In this document: piece after piece, positions 25,687 through 37,029 of the stretch
How the letters are laid out: each line of letters opens with the position of its first letter
Numbering within the stretch: position 1 is the first letter of the stretch
NCBI RefSeq assembly: GCF_963921235.1
Contig: NC_086097.1
Location: 51,834,001-51,898,000, forward strand
Direction of reading: 5' to 3'
Source of the DNA: Mobula hypostoma
Lineage: Eukaryota
Length of the DNA stretch: 64,000 nt
The notes under the pieces: model-generated
The model's input: only the letters and a program-made list of their open reading frames with translations
The model's database searches: none
What the model was told of the DNA's origin: nothing
Program-made: the position numbers and the translations under genes

Positions 25687-25902
25687 TCAGAGTTTGAGGT
25701 GTGCGTGGAGTTACCCACAGTGGTTCAGGAGTCTGATGGGTCAGAGTTTGAGGTGTGAGTGGAGTTACCCACACTGGTTCAGGAGTCTGATGGGTCAGAG
25801 TTTGAGGTGTGAGTGGAGTTACCCACACTGGTTCAGGAGTCTGATGGGTTAGGGTTTGAGGTGGGAGTGAAGTTACCCACACTGGTTCAGGAGTCTGATG
25901 GG
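25687..25902. repeat. Minisatellite, 4 x 54 bp, derived from a Rex1 3' end
   Basis: Unit TCAGAGTTTGAGGTGTGAGTGGAGTTACCCACACTGGTTCAGGAGTCTGATGGG starts at 25687, 25741, 25795 and 25849. Confidence 0.95.
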
Positions 25903-26690
25903 TTGAAGGGTAACACTTACCAGATTCCTGCATGTGTTCCTGCTTATCTCCCTCCTGGCTGTCTCTAGCTTCACCCTTCCCTCCCCCCTCACCTGGCTCC
26001 ATCTGCCTGTCATTCTTCACTCGTTCTGGGTCTGTCAATCACCCACTGGCACCAGTCTCACCACCCCCATTCTGCACTTTATACCGTGGACTGGTCCCCA
26101 CCCCCACACTCCAAAAATGTACGGGTTAGGGTTAGTAAGTTCTGGGCATGCTATGTTAGCATTGGAAACATGATGACTCTTGCAGGCTGTCTCAGCATAT
26201 ATTCAGACTGTGCTGATCATCGATGCAAATGACGCATTTCACTCTATGTTTCAATGTTTGAATATACATGTGACAAATAAAGCTAATCTTTAAACTAATC
26301 TTTTATCTTGCTTCTCCATTCTTTAGTCCTGCTGTAATTTTAAACCGAAACCTCAACAATTCCTTTTCCCTCTTCCAGCAGATTATTTCTTGTTATTTGA
26401 GCTTTCCTGGTATTCCCATGATCAATGGAATGCTTGCTCCTCACATCCTGCACATTCCACACTCAATTCCTTAATTCTCCTGTGTTCTCGCTTGTATTAT
26501 ATGAAGTTTTCCAACCATATGTTTCGATGGAGTAACACTGCCTGGAAGTACTTGTCTGACTGGCTGCAGTGTGCATGTTTTAGCTGGGAGTCTGCTGAAG
26601 CTGACAAGTTAAATGACAATTCCAACTTGTGATAAAAGTGTGAGGATCTGTACACTTACTCAATGTGTGGCATATGTCTCTCTGATGGAA

Positions 26691-26728
26691 TTACGTCACT
26701 GTGCAGCGCGCCACGTCATGATCACGTG
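26691..26728. promoter_or_regulatory. Candidate cis-regulatory cluster: TTACGTCA, GCCACGTCA, TCACGTG
   Basis: Three ACGT-core motifs (CRE/PAR-like, UPRE-like, E-box) within 38 bp of apparently unique, CpG-retaining sequence. Confidence 0.35.
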
Positions 26729-27094
26729 CTCAGATTTCGGTGCTGCTCCTTGCACTGTGGGACAGTAGCACTGGACAGGGAGATTAGGCAACACGATGGG
26801 TGTGCGAGCAATGCTGGCTCCTTTTTGTATCGCAATGATGAGATGTGGAAGTTTATTCTTTAAATCCGGTGTCTTTAATTATAGGTAGCTTTAGTGGCCA
26901 GAATGACACTATGGATTTCCAGAGGGGTTTTGATTAAACAAGTTTCGGAAAGATTGCTTTTTTTTGTAGAAGTGAGTTCTTCTCTACCTAGGATACTGGA
27001 TTTTGTACATTGGATGACAGTACTTATCTCGATGTTACTTTTTTTTTTGCTGTCAGCTCCCTCCAGATAGTCTTAAAAGAATCCAGTGGGGCTT

Positions 27095-27570
27095 CCACAG
27101 CTATGATGAAGCCACTCTCAGGTTGGAGGAGAAACACTTCATTGTGTTTGGATAGTCTCTAATCTGATGGCATTAATAGCGATTTATCTAACTTCTGGAT
27201 ATTTCTTCCTCCCTCTTCTATTTCCATTCCTCTTTCCGGCTTCCCTCTTACCCCTTGTCTTCTCCTCATCTGCCCATCACCTCCCTCTGATGCGTCCCCC
27301 CTTCTCATTTTCCCATGGCCCACTCTCCTCTCCTGTCACATTCTTTCTTCAGCCCTTTACCTCTTCCATCACCACTCCACCTCCCCTTCACTTGGTTTCA
27401 CCTATCACCTGCCAGCTTGTACTCCATCTCCTGCTCTCGCCTCCTTACTCTGGCTTCTGCCCCCTTCCTTTCCAGTTCTGATGAAGGGTCTCTTTCCGAA
27501 ACATTGACTATTAATTCCCCACCTTAGATGCTGCCTGACCTGCTGAGTTCCTTCTGCATTCTGTGTTTGA
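27095..27570 (+). mobile_element. Penelope-like 3' end with pLTR and degenerate hammerhead motif (27473-27510)
   Basis: GATGAAGCCACTCTCAGGTTGGAGGA; pyrimidine tract; CAGTT-CTGATGA-AGGGTCTCTTTCC-GAAAC. Confidence 0.75.
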
Positions 27571-29466
27571 TGTTAATGTCACTCTCCGTTCTTATTACCA
27601 GAAGCCTGTCTCTTCTGGTCCTCACTTGAAGTCAGAGTACCTCCAGGAAGCCAGCAAAGAATGGGAGAGCTCTTCCCTACTTACTAGCCTTTCCTGAGGA
27701 TGATGCATCTGCTTCACTGATTACTGGCACTCTCTTTCCATCAACTCTCGGAAAATGATTTTACCATTTGATTGGCTGATGTGCTCTGGAAGGGCAGGTC
27801 AGGAAGTTAATGGAGGTTTGATGTGCAGGGATCTGCTCATGGGTTACTAGAGTTCATCCCAATGTGTCCAGGAGAAGACAGAAATTTGGCACAGAAACTT
27901 TGAAATGGGTTAATCACGCTGGAAGCGAATGAAGTAGTTTTGAACAGAGAATGAGTAATCAGGGAGAATGTGACTCGGGGCCTGAGAGAAACAACTGTGA
28001 CTCCATGCTTTTGGTGAATTTAGTTTACTAAGGGTGTGACAAGCAGAGATGTTTTGTAAAAGAAGAGAGGCAGATTTTAAAGTCTGTTTTTATGCTTTTT
28101 GCCTGAGCACATAAGCTAAGTTGACATTTAGTAATAAGGTAATGTTGCACTGAGTTTATGAAAATTACTATGTCATGATATTGTCCTTTGTTTGGTATAG
28201 GGACACTTTGGTTGTCTCATTCTCAATTATTAATGAGCAAATTCAAAATTCAAGATTGTTATTCTTCAGTACATGAGAGTAATGGAGAACAAAATGATTG
28301 TTAATCCAGTTCTGATGCAGCATAAAAAACACAATAAACATGAAAACACAATAAATATAAATATAAAGGCAACACAATGTACAAATAACTCGAGTGTGAC
28401 TGTATATACTTAAGCTTAATTTATATAATTATATAGATATGTGATGTTAGGTACAGCATTATTTGAACATGAGGTGACTCTGACAGGAAATGAAGTGACA
28501 AAGTGACTCTTGGAAAGAGGAATAAAAACTTTATAAAAACCGTAACGATAGTAATTAAGGTCTAATACTTTCATCTCCTTACATACATTGTTCTTTGTTT
28601 TGTCATTGCCATTTTAAAGTCTGCAAAGCAAATCAGTAGGTGATAAGTTAATGATTTTGTTCAGATACAAGTTTTCTTGAAAGAACCTACTGTTGACTTT
28701 AAGCAGATCTCAGTTCAATGTTTATTCAGTATCATCATTCACCAGCAAGGATAAGCTTTTGATAGATCATTTCACAGTTAGATCACAGGATAACTGTACA
28801 AGTGATAGCAAGTGATGTTTGTTTCCTGCTGCATAAACAGAAACTGCACTGAAGGCACTTGAGTTGTAATCTGCGAAGGATGGGAGTATACTTTATGTTC
28901 ATCAATACAAAAGTAATTCTGAGCAGATGAGAAGGGTGAAGCCTTGCTATGATCCGCATTTTGCTGTATCCCAAATTGAATAGCTACTGCATAACAGTTC
29001 AAGAGCTTTATTAAGATAGAGCAAATATTTGCGAAAATATATGGCTAGCAGGATCTCAGCTAATGTTTCTTTTAAATCTGTATAAACTGAATTGTATGCT
29101 TGTTATGTTTTTAACTTGATTTTCTAAAAATACTGGTTTGGTCTGGGCTTTTATTATTGAAGCAATAGACATGGCAGATACTGGGTATACGGGGTATACT
29201 GGAATCATAGAAATATTCAGTGCTACATAAGACCATTTGGCTCATCAGGTCCATTCTGATCAGTAACAGCATCAAAACACCAAAACATGTAATAATAAAA
29301 ACCGGTGAAGTTTTCTGCCTTAGCCACTTTTCAGGCACTGAATTCCAGAACCTTCCGATCAGCCTTTGTTGTAAATACTTTTCCTCAATTCTCCCCTAAC
29401 CCTTCCACCAACTATCTTAACACTATGTTGAGGCTTCTCATTTTCTCATTCACTTTCTGAAGGCCG

Positions 29467-29711
29467 TGTTATGTTTTGTAACTTCAAAGCATTAAACTAA
29501 TTCAAAGGAAGTCACAGGAGCTGGGAATGTGGGTCTAACTTTGTGTTTACTTTAAGTGAAGCACGCACGTAACATGTGGTAGCATGATGATGTATTTATA
29601 CATTTGGATTATTCAAATGAACAAGGCATTATATAAACAACAAAGAATGTTTAATCAACCAGCATATATACAAAATTACTCAAATATAACTGAAATATTA
29701 AATACACAACA
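29467..29711 (-). repeat. 3' LTR
   Basis: Aligns with 31991-32244 (CATTAAACTAATTCAAAGGAAG ... AACTGAAATATTAAATACACAACA). Confidence 0.9.
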
Positions 29712-29975
29712 CTCCTCCCTGCTTAGCTCATATATTGTGCAACTACTACATACAGACATCTACGGTTTAGTAAATTATTTTAGTTGTCCCATTCAGGCCT
29801 AAAGATTTAATCGCTGTGGAGGATTTCTTACTGTTGAGGGGTAACGTCTTTCGTGACAAGGGGGATCACTCTGCTCTGCAGGTGAGACTTGTGGCCGTGA
29901 AACAATCTCAGGTTCTGGGTGGCTGGAGGAGTTAACTGAGACTGCAGGAAACGCTTCTGATAGAGGTTAGCCACC

Positions 29976-30443
29976 TTTTTTCTTCTAGTTTGTGCATCTT
30001 GATCTTGGGAAGATGCATTTAATTCACTGGAGTACTCTCTTATTAATCCTTCCATTGCTTCCTTTATGATCTGATCTCTCCCCTTAGTTTCCTCAGCCAC
30101 AATATCATCTGATGAATTGTCTTCGGTCTTTGCAGCTACTTTTACAAGCAGTGTTTTGTTTCCCACTTGAAGTCCATGCAATAACCTTAATGCACACAGA
30201 GTAGATTCTGGTTCTTTATACTCACAAAAGCCAACTTTCCTGAAGTTCCTTGAACTCACAGCTTAAAACCAAGCCACATTTCTCAAGTCACTGCCTGATT
30301 AATATTATCAAAAGCTTTCTCAGATATTTTGCCACAAAAACTGTTGTAGTCGGACCACTGCTTTCGCCAGTTTCATGATTTGTCTGAGCTGCATGGTTCT
30401 TCCTTGGTCCAATATGCTTTCCAACCAACACCAGCAACAGTTT
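29976..30443 (-). pseudogene. RBM25: Captured fragment of RNA-binding protein 25 (RRM region) with frameshifts and a stop
   Basis: VGKHIGPRK, SGPTTTVFV, ISEKA, KCGLVLS, GFCEYKEPESTLCALRLLH, LLVKVAAKT and LIREYSSELNA match vertebrate RBM25. Confidence 0.9.
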
Positions 30444-31050
30444 GTCCTCTGTTGGGCAATGGTTATGGTGATCAGCATGGAGGAAGTTGTTGGATCATCC
30501 AGTACTTTCCTTAGTTTGCTTTCGATTCACTTTATTATAGGGGATGTGGCATGCAGTTCACTTTATTATAGGCAGACAGATCTCCAATGAAGCTGTAGAT
30601 GTCTCAGTCAATGACGTCCCACAACAGCTTTTCCTGTTTTTACCACGTACAAGCTCAGTTTGGCTTGTTGGTTATTTCACTGTTATGAATGTCATTCCCA
30701 CAGGAGTTATATTTTCTCCAGTATAAGTTCTTGTTTGGATATCTGCCGGCTTCAGTTTGAAATGCCCCTCAAACTCATTTTGTGGAATGACTGAAACAGC
30801 TGGACCAGTGTCCAATTCCATTTTAATTACTTTGCCATTCACTTCTGGCATAAGCCATATTGCTTGTCTATTTTTAATTTTCACACTGTAAATCTTAAGG
30901 CTGTTCAGTCCTGTGTCACTCTCATCATTATCAGCTTTTTCATCAATAGCATGCAGATTAATCCTCTTTTGAAATTGCAACTTGACTTTTTAGCTTTTTC
31001 TCTTCCCTGAGCAGTCCGCTTATGTATTTTTATCTACCCGACACACTCTT

Positions 31051-31077
31051 TGTGTGTGTGTGTGTGTGTGTGTGTGT
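31051..31077. repeat. (TG)n microsatellite inside the gag zinc-knuckle region
   Basis: Direct reading. Confidence 0.95.
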
Positions 31078-31990
31078 CCTGCTTTGTCGTATTTACTACA
31101 AGTTTTGCATTTAAATCTGCATTGGTCTGGTGTATGTGAGCCCCTGCCACAATGATAACACAATTTGTACAGCCAAGCCAGTTTATGTTTAAATGTTGAG
31201 ATTTTGTTCACGCTCACTTTCATTCCTGACTGCAACCCAATTGCATCTTTGTCTGCGGTTTCCATTGAAACAGTGATATCAACTGATCTCTATAAATAGT
31301 GCTTCAGTTAGCCACCATTTTTGAATGCTTTCGCGTAAGGTTCCACAAACTAAACAATCTCTCAGTGTATCATAATGAACATAACTGAACTGACAATCCT
31401 TAGACAACTTCTTCAATTCAGTCACATACGCTAAAATGAACTCCCCTTTTAAAAATTCCATTTATGAAACCTAAAGCATTCTGAAGTCTACAATGACTTC
31501 AGTTCTCAATGTTCATGCATTACTTTGACAATATCAGTAAAGCTAATTTTGGATGGTTTGGCTGGAGCAATCAAACTTTGAAGCAAATTCTACACTTTTA
31601 AACCCAATGCACTTAGCAAAATTGGTACTTGTTTCTCATTGGCTATTTCAAAATATTGTTGAATTAGCTGAGTATGCATGAGCCAGTTACCTGCTGTATA
31701 ATAATATTTGTAAATCTTTTCGATGTAGCCAGCCATTTTTAAAATGATTATTATCACCGGGCACTCACTCTTTATGAACCCATGAATTCTGACTTCAGAA
31801 AAACTTGATCATGTCTTCCCTTTGAAGAACATGTGCTGTACTGCTTTTTCACAAAAAAACTCAATTGTCTCTGCACATCTTTGCTGGGCTGCGTTTTTAA
31901 CTCGCCTTTCTTTTAAGTTTGAACATCTCACTGTGCTTTCAACAGGTTGATATCCGTTTCAGTTTTGTTTTAAAAATAGCTTACCACCAA

Positions 31991-32244
31991 TGTTAAGCTT
32001 TGTTACTTAAAAACATTAAACTAATTCAAAGGAAGCCACAGGAGTTTGGGAATGTGGATCTAACTTCATATTTACTTTAAGCGAGGTGTATACGTCTCAC
32101 ATGACAGTGTGGTGAGGTATGTAATTCATGTATTTGTACATATAACCTGTAAAGGATTATTTAAACAAACAAGACTGCTTAATCAATCAATATATATACA
32201 TGATTACTCAAATACAGTATAACTGAAATATTAAATACACAACA
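31991..32244 (-). repeat. 5' LTR
   Basis: Direct repeat of 29467-29711, adjacent to the PBS-like sequence. Confidence 0.9.
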
Positions 32245-32414
32245 TGTAGTATGTAATGTTGGGGAAGGAAAGTGAAAACTGGGAACCAGAGTATGAACAT
32301 TTAAGAAATCTGAAATAAGAACAGAAAATGCTGGTAAAGCTCAGCTGGTCAGGAAGCATCTGTAGAAAGGGAACAGAGATGTTGTTTCATGTCAAGGAAT
32401 TTTCATTAGAACTA

Positions 32415-33300
32415 TTGGCCAATTAGTGTGACAGGAATATGCCAAAATCAATTATCAAGGAAGTAGTGACTTGGCTTTTAGAAAATCATAGGATTACATC
32501 TGATCATTGTGGATTTATGAAAGAGAAACTATGTTTGAGAAGTCTAAATTTTTTGATATTATAGTTAGCAAAACAAGTAAGACTAATGAGTTAATATATC
32601 ATATGTGGTCTTTTTAAAGGTCTTTATTAAGATTCTACACAAAAAGATTATTAACGTTAGAGTGTACATTATTGTGAGTAATATTCTACCATAGATTAAG
32701 TATTAATGAATAGAAAGCAGGGTGGGAATGCTTGGTAATTTTGAAGTCTTCATTGTATGTGTTCAAGATTAGAGACATCTTTCTCCAATTATTTAAAACT
32801 CTTATTATGACCAGATGTTGTCTAACTTGCTCGAGGAAGGATGTGATTGCTATTGAGGAAGTGCAGGAAAAGTTCACCAGTCTGATTACTGGAGGTGACA
32901 TATATGTTGTATGGAAGAGTTAAGAAGGCTCAGCCTATAGTCTCCTGAATTTGGAAGAATGAATGATCTTCTCATTGAAATGTACAAAATTCTTCAGGAG
33001 CTCAACAGGTTAGAAGCAAGGATGGTGTTTTAGCTAGGGTGTCAAGAAGCAGAGCTCACTGACTCAGTATCAGTGTTTTGTCTTTCAGGATTCAGACAGG
33101 AGGAAACCTTTTTACCTAGGAGGGCTGTAGAGGGGTTGTTCCTGAATTTATTCAAGATAGAGACTGATAGATTTTTAAAAAGTAAGGGATTAGAGGGATA
33201 CACAGTTAGTGCAGGAAATTGGTGCTGAATTAGAAGATCAAGCATGATCTAATTGAACGGTAGAGCAAGCATGAAGGAACAAATGCCCTAGTCTTCTGTT
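32415..33300 (+). mobile_element. Old CR1 RT and 3' fragments
   Basis: RKDVIAIEEVQEKFTSLI and CR1-like 3' UTR remnants. Confidence 0.6.
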
Positions 33301-33807
33301 CCTCCTGACTATCATTCTCTAGCCTTGGCAGGAATCTGCTGTCTTCCTCTACTTGTACTGTTACATCCCTCCTGCACTGTGCTGACCAGAGTTGTACGCT
33401 TAACTCTGGTCAAATTGTAAATTTCACTTGCAATAATTTGCTTTGCGGGATATAATTTATTTTATGTCCCTCATTTTTTTGTATAAAGTAACTGATTTCA
33501 GTGAGGAAAATAAAACTATGGATTTTGAATGCTATTACCCCAGTGCTATTTTGAAATAAAAACAAGAAGTTGAGGAAATGCTGCAATTGTTTTTGAGACT
33601 GATTTCAGCATTATTTGAACTGAGAGCCTATGCACACATCTAAAGAGCACAAATGGGGCCCAGAATACCACCTTACTATTCCTCACTCCTCGTCATGTGC
33701 AGAATTTTATTACTAAGTAAAGTAGAGGGGCCTTCTTGGAGGTAGGAGTACCTTGGAATCAGTTATTGTTAATGTTTGCATATATTGTAATACACTTTAC
33801 TTATAGA

Positions 33808-34766
33808 CAATCAGAATCAGGTTTAATATCATTGGCATATGTCAAAAAATAGTGAAGTAGCATTCAAGGGTTCATTGTCTATTCAGTAATCTGGTGGCAG
33901 GGGGAAGATACTGTTTCTAAAACATAGGTTGTGTGTCTTCACGGTCCTTGATGGTAGCAATGAGAAGAGGGCATGTCTTGGATGATGGGGTCCTTAATGA
34001 TGGATGCTGCCTTTTAGAAGCATTGCCTTTTGAAGATGTGCTTAATGCTGGGGAGGCTAGTGCCCATGATGGAGCTGACTGAGTTTGCAATTTCCTGCAG
34101 CGTTTTTCAGTCATGTGCAGTGGTCCCTCCAGGCTGGGCTCTGATGCAACCGATTAGAATGCTCTCCACGTACAAATGTAGAAATCTGTAAGAGTCTTTC
34201 GTGGCATATCAAGTCTCTCAAACTCCTAATTAAATGTTGCTGCTGTCATGCCTTCTTTGTAATTGCATTGACATGTTGGGCCCAGGATAGATCCTCAGAG
34301 CGTTGACACCCAGAAACTTGACACTGCTCACCCATTCCATGCTGATCCCTCCTTGAGGACAGGTGCTAGTTTCCTCGACTTCCCCTTCCTGGTCCACAAT
34401 CCATTCCTTGACCTTACTGACATTGGGTGTAAAGATGTTGTCATGACACTACTTAACCAGCTAATTCTATCTCACTTCTGTAAGCCTCCTCAATACCATC
34501 TGAGATTTTCTCAACAAATTTACTGGTAGTATTTGAACTGTGCTTAGCTGCACAGTCATGTGTGTAGTGAGAGTAGAGCAGTGGTTTAAGCATGCATCCT
34601 TGATGTGGGCCAGCTGATTGTCAGTGAGGAGGAGATGTTACTTCTGATCCGCACGGACTGTGGTCTCCCGATGAGGAAGACTAGGATCCAGTTGCTGAGG
34701 GAGGTACAGGGGCCCAGGTTCTGTAGCTTGTCAATTAGTACTGAGGGGATCATGGCGTTCACCATC
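33808..34766 (-). mobile_element. Rex1/Babar LINE 3' fragment
   Basis: LIDKLQNLG...[31 protein letters not shown] tail at 33808. Confidence 0.8.
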
Positions 34767-36542
34767 AATGTTGAACTTCTGAATGTAGCCTCTTATGTAA
34801 TGCAGTAAGTAATTCCTGTAGTAAAATCCCACAGGCAGTGATGTGATAATGACCGGATACTCTTCTCAAATGATATTGGTTAAAAGGTAACTGTCTGGGC
34901 ACTTGGGAAAATGGGTTTATGCTAAGTAGGATCATTACATCTTCTACATCTGTTAGTAGGACATACAGTACGGGACCATTGTCTCCCATCCCATCTACAG
35001 GAATTCACCTCTGTCCCTCTTTCTACTCCATTCTAATATTTTGGAGTTTTCACCCAGGTCTTTCGCTCCACTCTCTCAAGAAGGGTTTACAACTACACAG
35101 CTGTTTTGTAGTGTGAGTGCTACCATGAAATCATGACCAAACCAGCTAAATTATGTGAAAATGGAAATTTTTGTCTGAGGTGGCTCAAGTGATACAAGTC
35201 TGCTGAGAAAGCTTGATGCTAGCATGCATAAGGTACAGCAACCCTCGTGCAGCTCGATCATAACTTGCGTGGTGAGTTTAACGCTTTGCAGCTGTAGATC
35301 CAGGCTATTTCTCACTCTGCTGCTTCACTTCAATGTAAGGTTTCCATTGAAAAGCACGTGTAAGAAGGTGAGAAAATATGGCTGGCATTCAGACTTGTCT
35401 TCAGAATAGGCCAAATGTTTATCTGCAGATCTTCTATGGCACACTATAATGATGACAATGCATACTGGCGTAGTGCCCCTTATGCATTGCGGTGAGAGAA
35501 AAAATGTGCAGTATTTTATGTACTTTGTGTCACAAAAGAGATTTTGATGAAATAATGCAGGAATACGGATGGTTTATTGCAACACCCTCACTAGTTGGGA
35601 TATAATGTGAAGCACAATAATTATTAATGTATAGGGACTGCTTTTGGTGGTGGGAGGTGGGGGGGAGCTGTTTAGAAATATAAAAAGCACATGAGCATCA
35701 CATAATATTTCATATGTTCATTTATATTTATATTTTATAGAGAAATGATCGATCAGTCCAAATAAATTATACTTGTAATAATTCCAATCATTTGTTATTT
35801 AGATGTTCAAATACTTTTCATCGAATCCTTTTCAACTATGTATTGTAGAAATTATGTTTGTATCCACTAATGATGATGGGGGTGGGAGTGTATTTGCTGA
35901 TGCAGTAATAAAGATCTACCAGTAAGACTGAGTGAGCACTAATAGAAAGCACATTCTTCTGAAAATCTTCCAGTTTTACAAAGGCCCTTTGTTGGTTGTT
36001 TTCATGTTAAAAGAACAGATGTTAAAATAAGATGATAATAGAGAACAGATTTAGATAACAATCTTAAATGAAAAGGAACATTGTTTCAAACATAAACCTG
36101 TAACAATGTTTATTAGGTTCATTGAGCTATATGCATTGAAAATAATGGAGACTGTTCATTCCATCATGAGCATGCTGCCGTCTAAAGAACTATCCGACCT
36201 AAAGCAATGCTGAAGACGGGCCTCAGCTCAAAACGTTGACTGTTTACTCTTTTCCCATAGATGCTGTCTGACCTTCTGAGTTTCTCTGGCATTATGTGTG
36301 TGTTGCTTTGTTCCTAGTTTGGTCCTGGACAACCATGTGTGTATTATTTTTAAGTGTATCAGGGATTTTTGCCTGCACCGATTTCTAACTAGAAATAAAT
36401 TTCCTCAATTCCTTTTCACCTCAATTACTTGAATTCCGTGCTCAATTCTGCAAGGGGAACATTGACTCCAGAGGGCCAGTGTCTTTAAGTTAGTAAACTG
36501 AGGCATAGCAAGGTTCTTCAGTTCCGGCAAACATGAATCTTG

Positions 36543-36680
36543 TGCAAACGACAGGAATTCTGCAGATGCTGGAAATTCAAGCAACACACATCAAAGTTTC
36601 TGGTGAACGCAGCAGGCCAGGCAGCATCTCTAGGAAGAGGTGCAGTCGACGTTTCAGGCCGAGACCCTTCGTCAGGGCCA
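36543..36680 (-). mobile_element. Solo Penelope pLTR
   Basis: Reverse complement closely matches 49757-49856 (AGAGATGCTGCCTGGCCTGCTG...). Confidence 0.8.
36643..36680 (-). ncRNA. Minimal type-I hammerhead ribozyme motif, catalytic core intact
   Basis: Minus strand: TGGCC-CTGACGA-AGG(GTCTCGG)CCT-GAAAC-GTC-GACTG. Shows the CUGANGA core, stem II, GAAA, palindromic ACGU stem III and a GUC site. Confidence 0.65.
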
Positions 36681-37029
36681 CGGTGCTGTTCCTGGCCCAC
36701 AATGTTTGCAGAAACTGTCTTCAGCTGAAGCCCTCAAGCTGCAAGTTTTCGATTTTGAGTAATGTCTGTGCATCAGGAAGTGAGCACCGCACAATTTAAA
36801 TGTGTAGGACCATAGAACATTACAGCACAGAAACAGGCCTTTTGGCCCTTCTTCGCTGTGCCGAACCATTTTTCTGCCTCGTCCCACTGACTGTGTGCAA
36901 AGAGAGGACTGGAACAGCAGGCAGAAGGCGGAGAGGGGTTATGAATTACTGTATCTTACTCTTCAGTTGGTATTCAGCATTGAATATTGGTGAGGGTGAG
37001 TTCCTCTTGGAAATACAGCTGGACTCATG

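Larger units (their letters stand above)
29467..32244 (-). mobile_element. Non-autonomous Gypsy-type LTR retrotransposon (gag, protease, integrase tail; RT/RNaseH/IN core missing)
   Basis: Direct TGT...ACA LTRs at 29467-29711 and 31991-32244. PBS-like TGGTGG next to the 5' LTR; PPT AGGGAGGAG (29712-29720). Gag knuckle CYHCGRGSHTPDQC; protease IKMELDTGPAVSVI; pol end ...RNPPQRLNL*. Confidence 0.9.

Noticed and set aside
25687..25902. CRISPR-like array
   Set aside because: Head-to-tail repeats without unique spacers, in vertebrate DNA.
29828..30259. Functional RBM25 exon or gene
   Set aside because: Frameshifts, a stop and an internal deletion; no splice structure; embedded between Gypsy LTRs.
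29461..32250. TSD around the Gypsy element
   Set aside because: The flanks GGCCG and TGTAG do not match, so no TSD is claimed.
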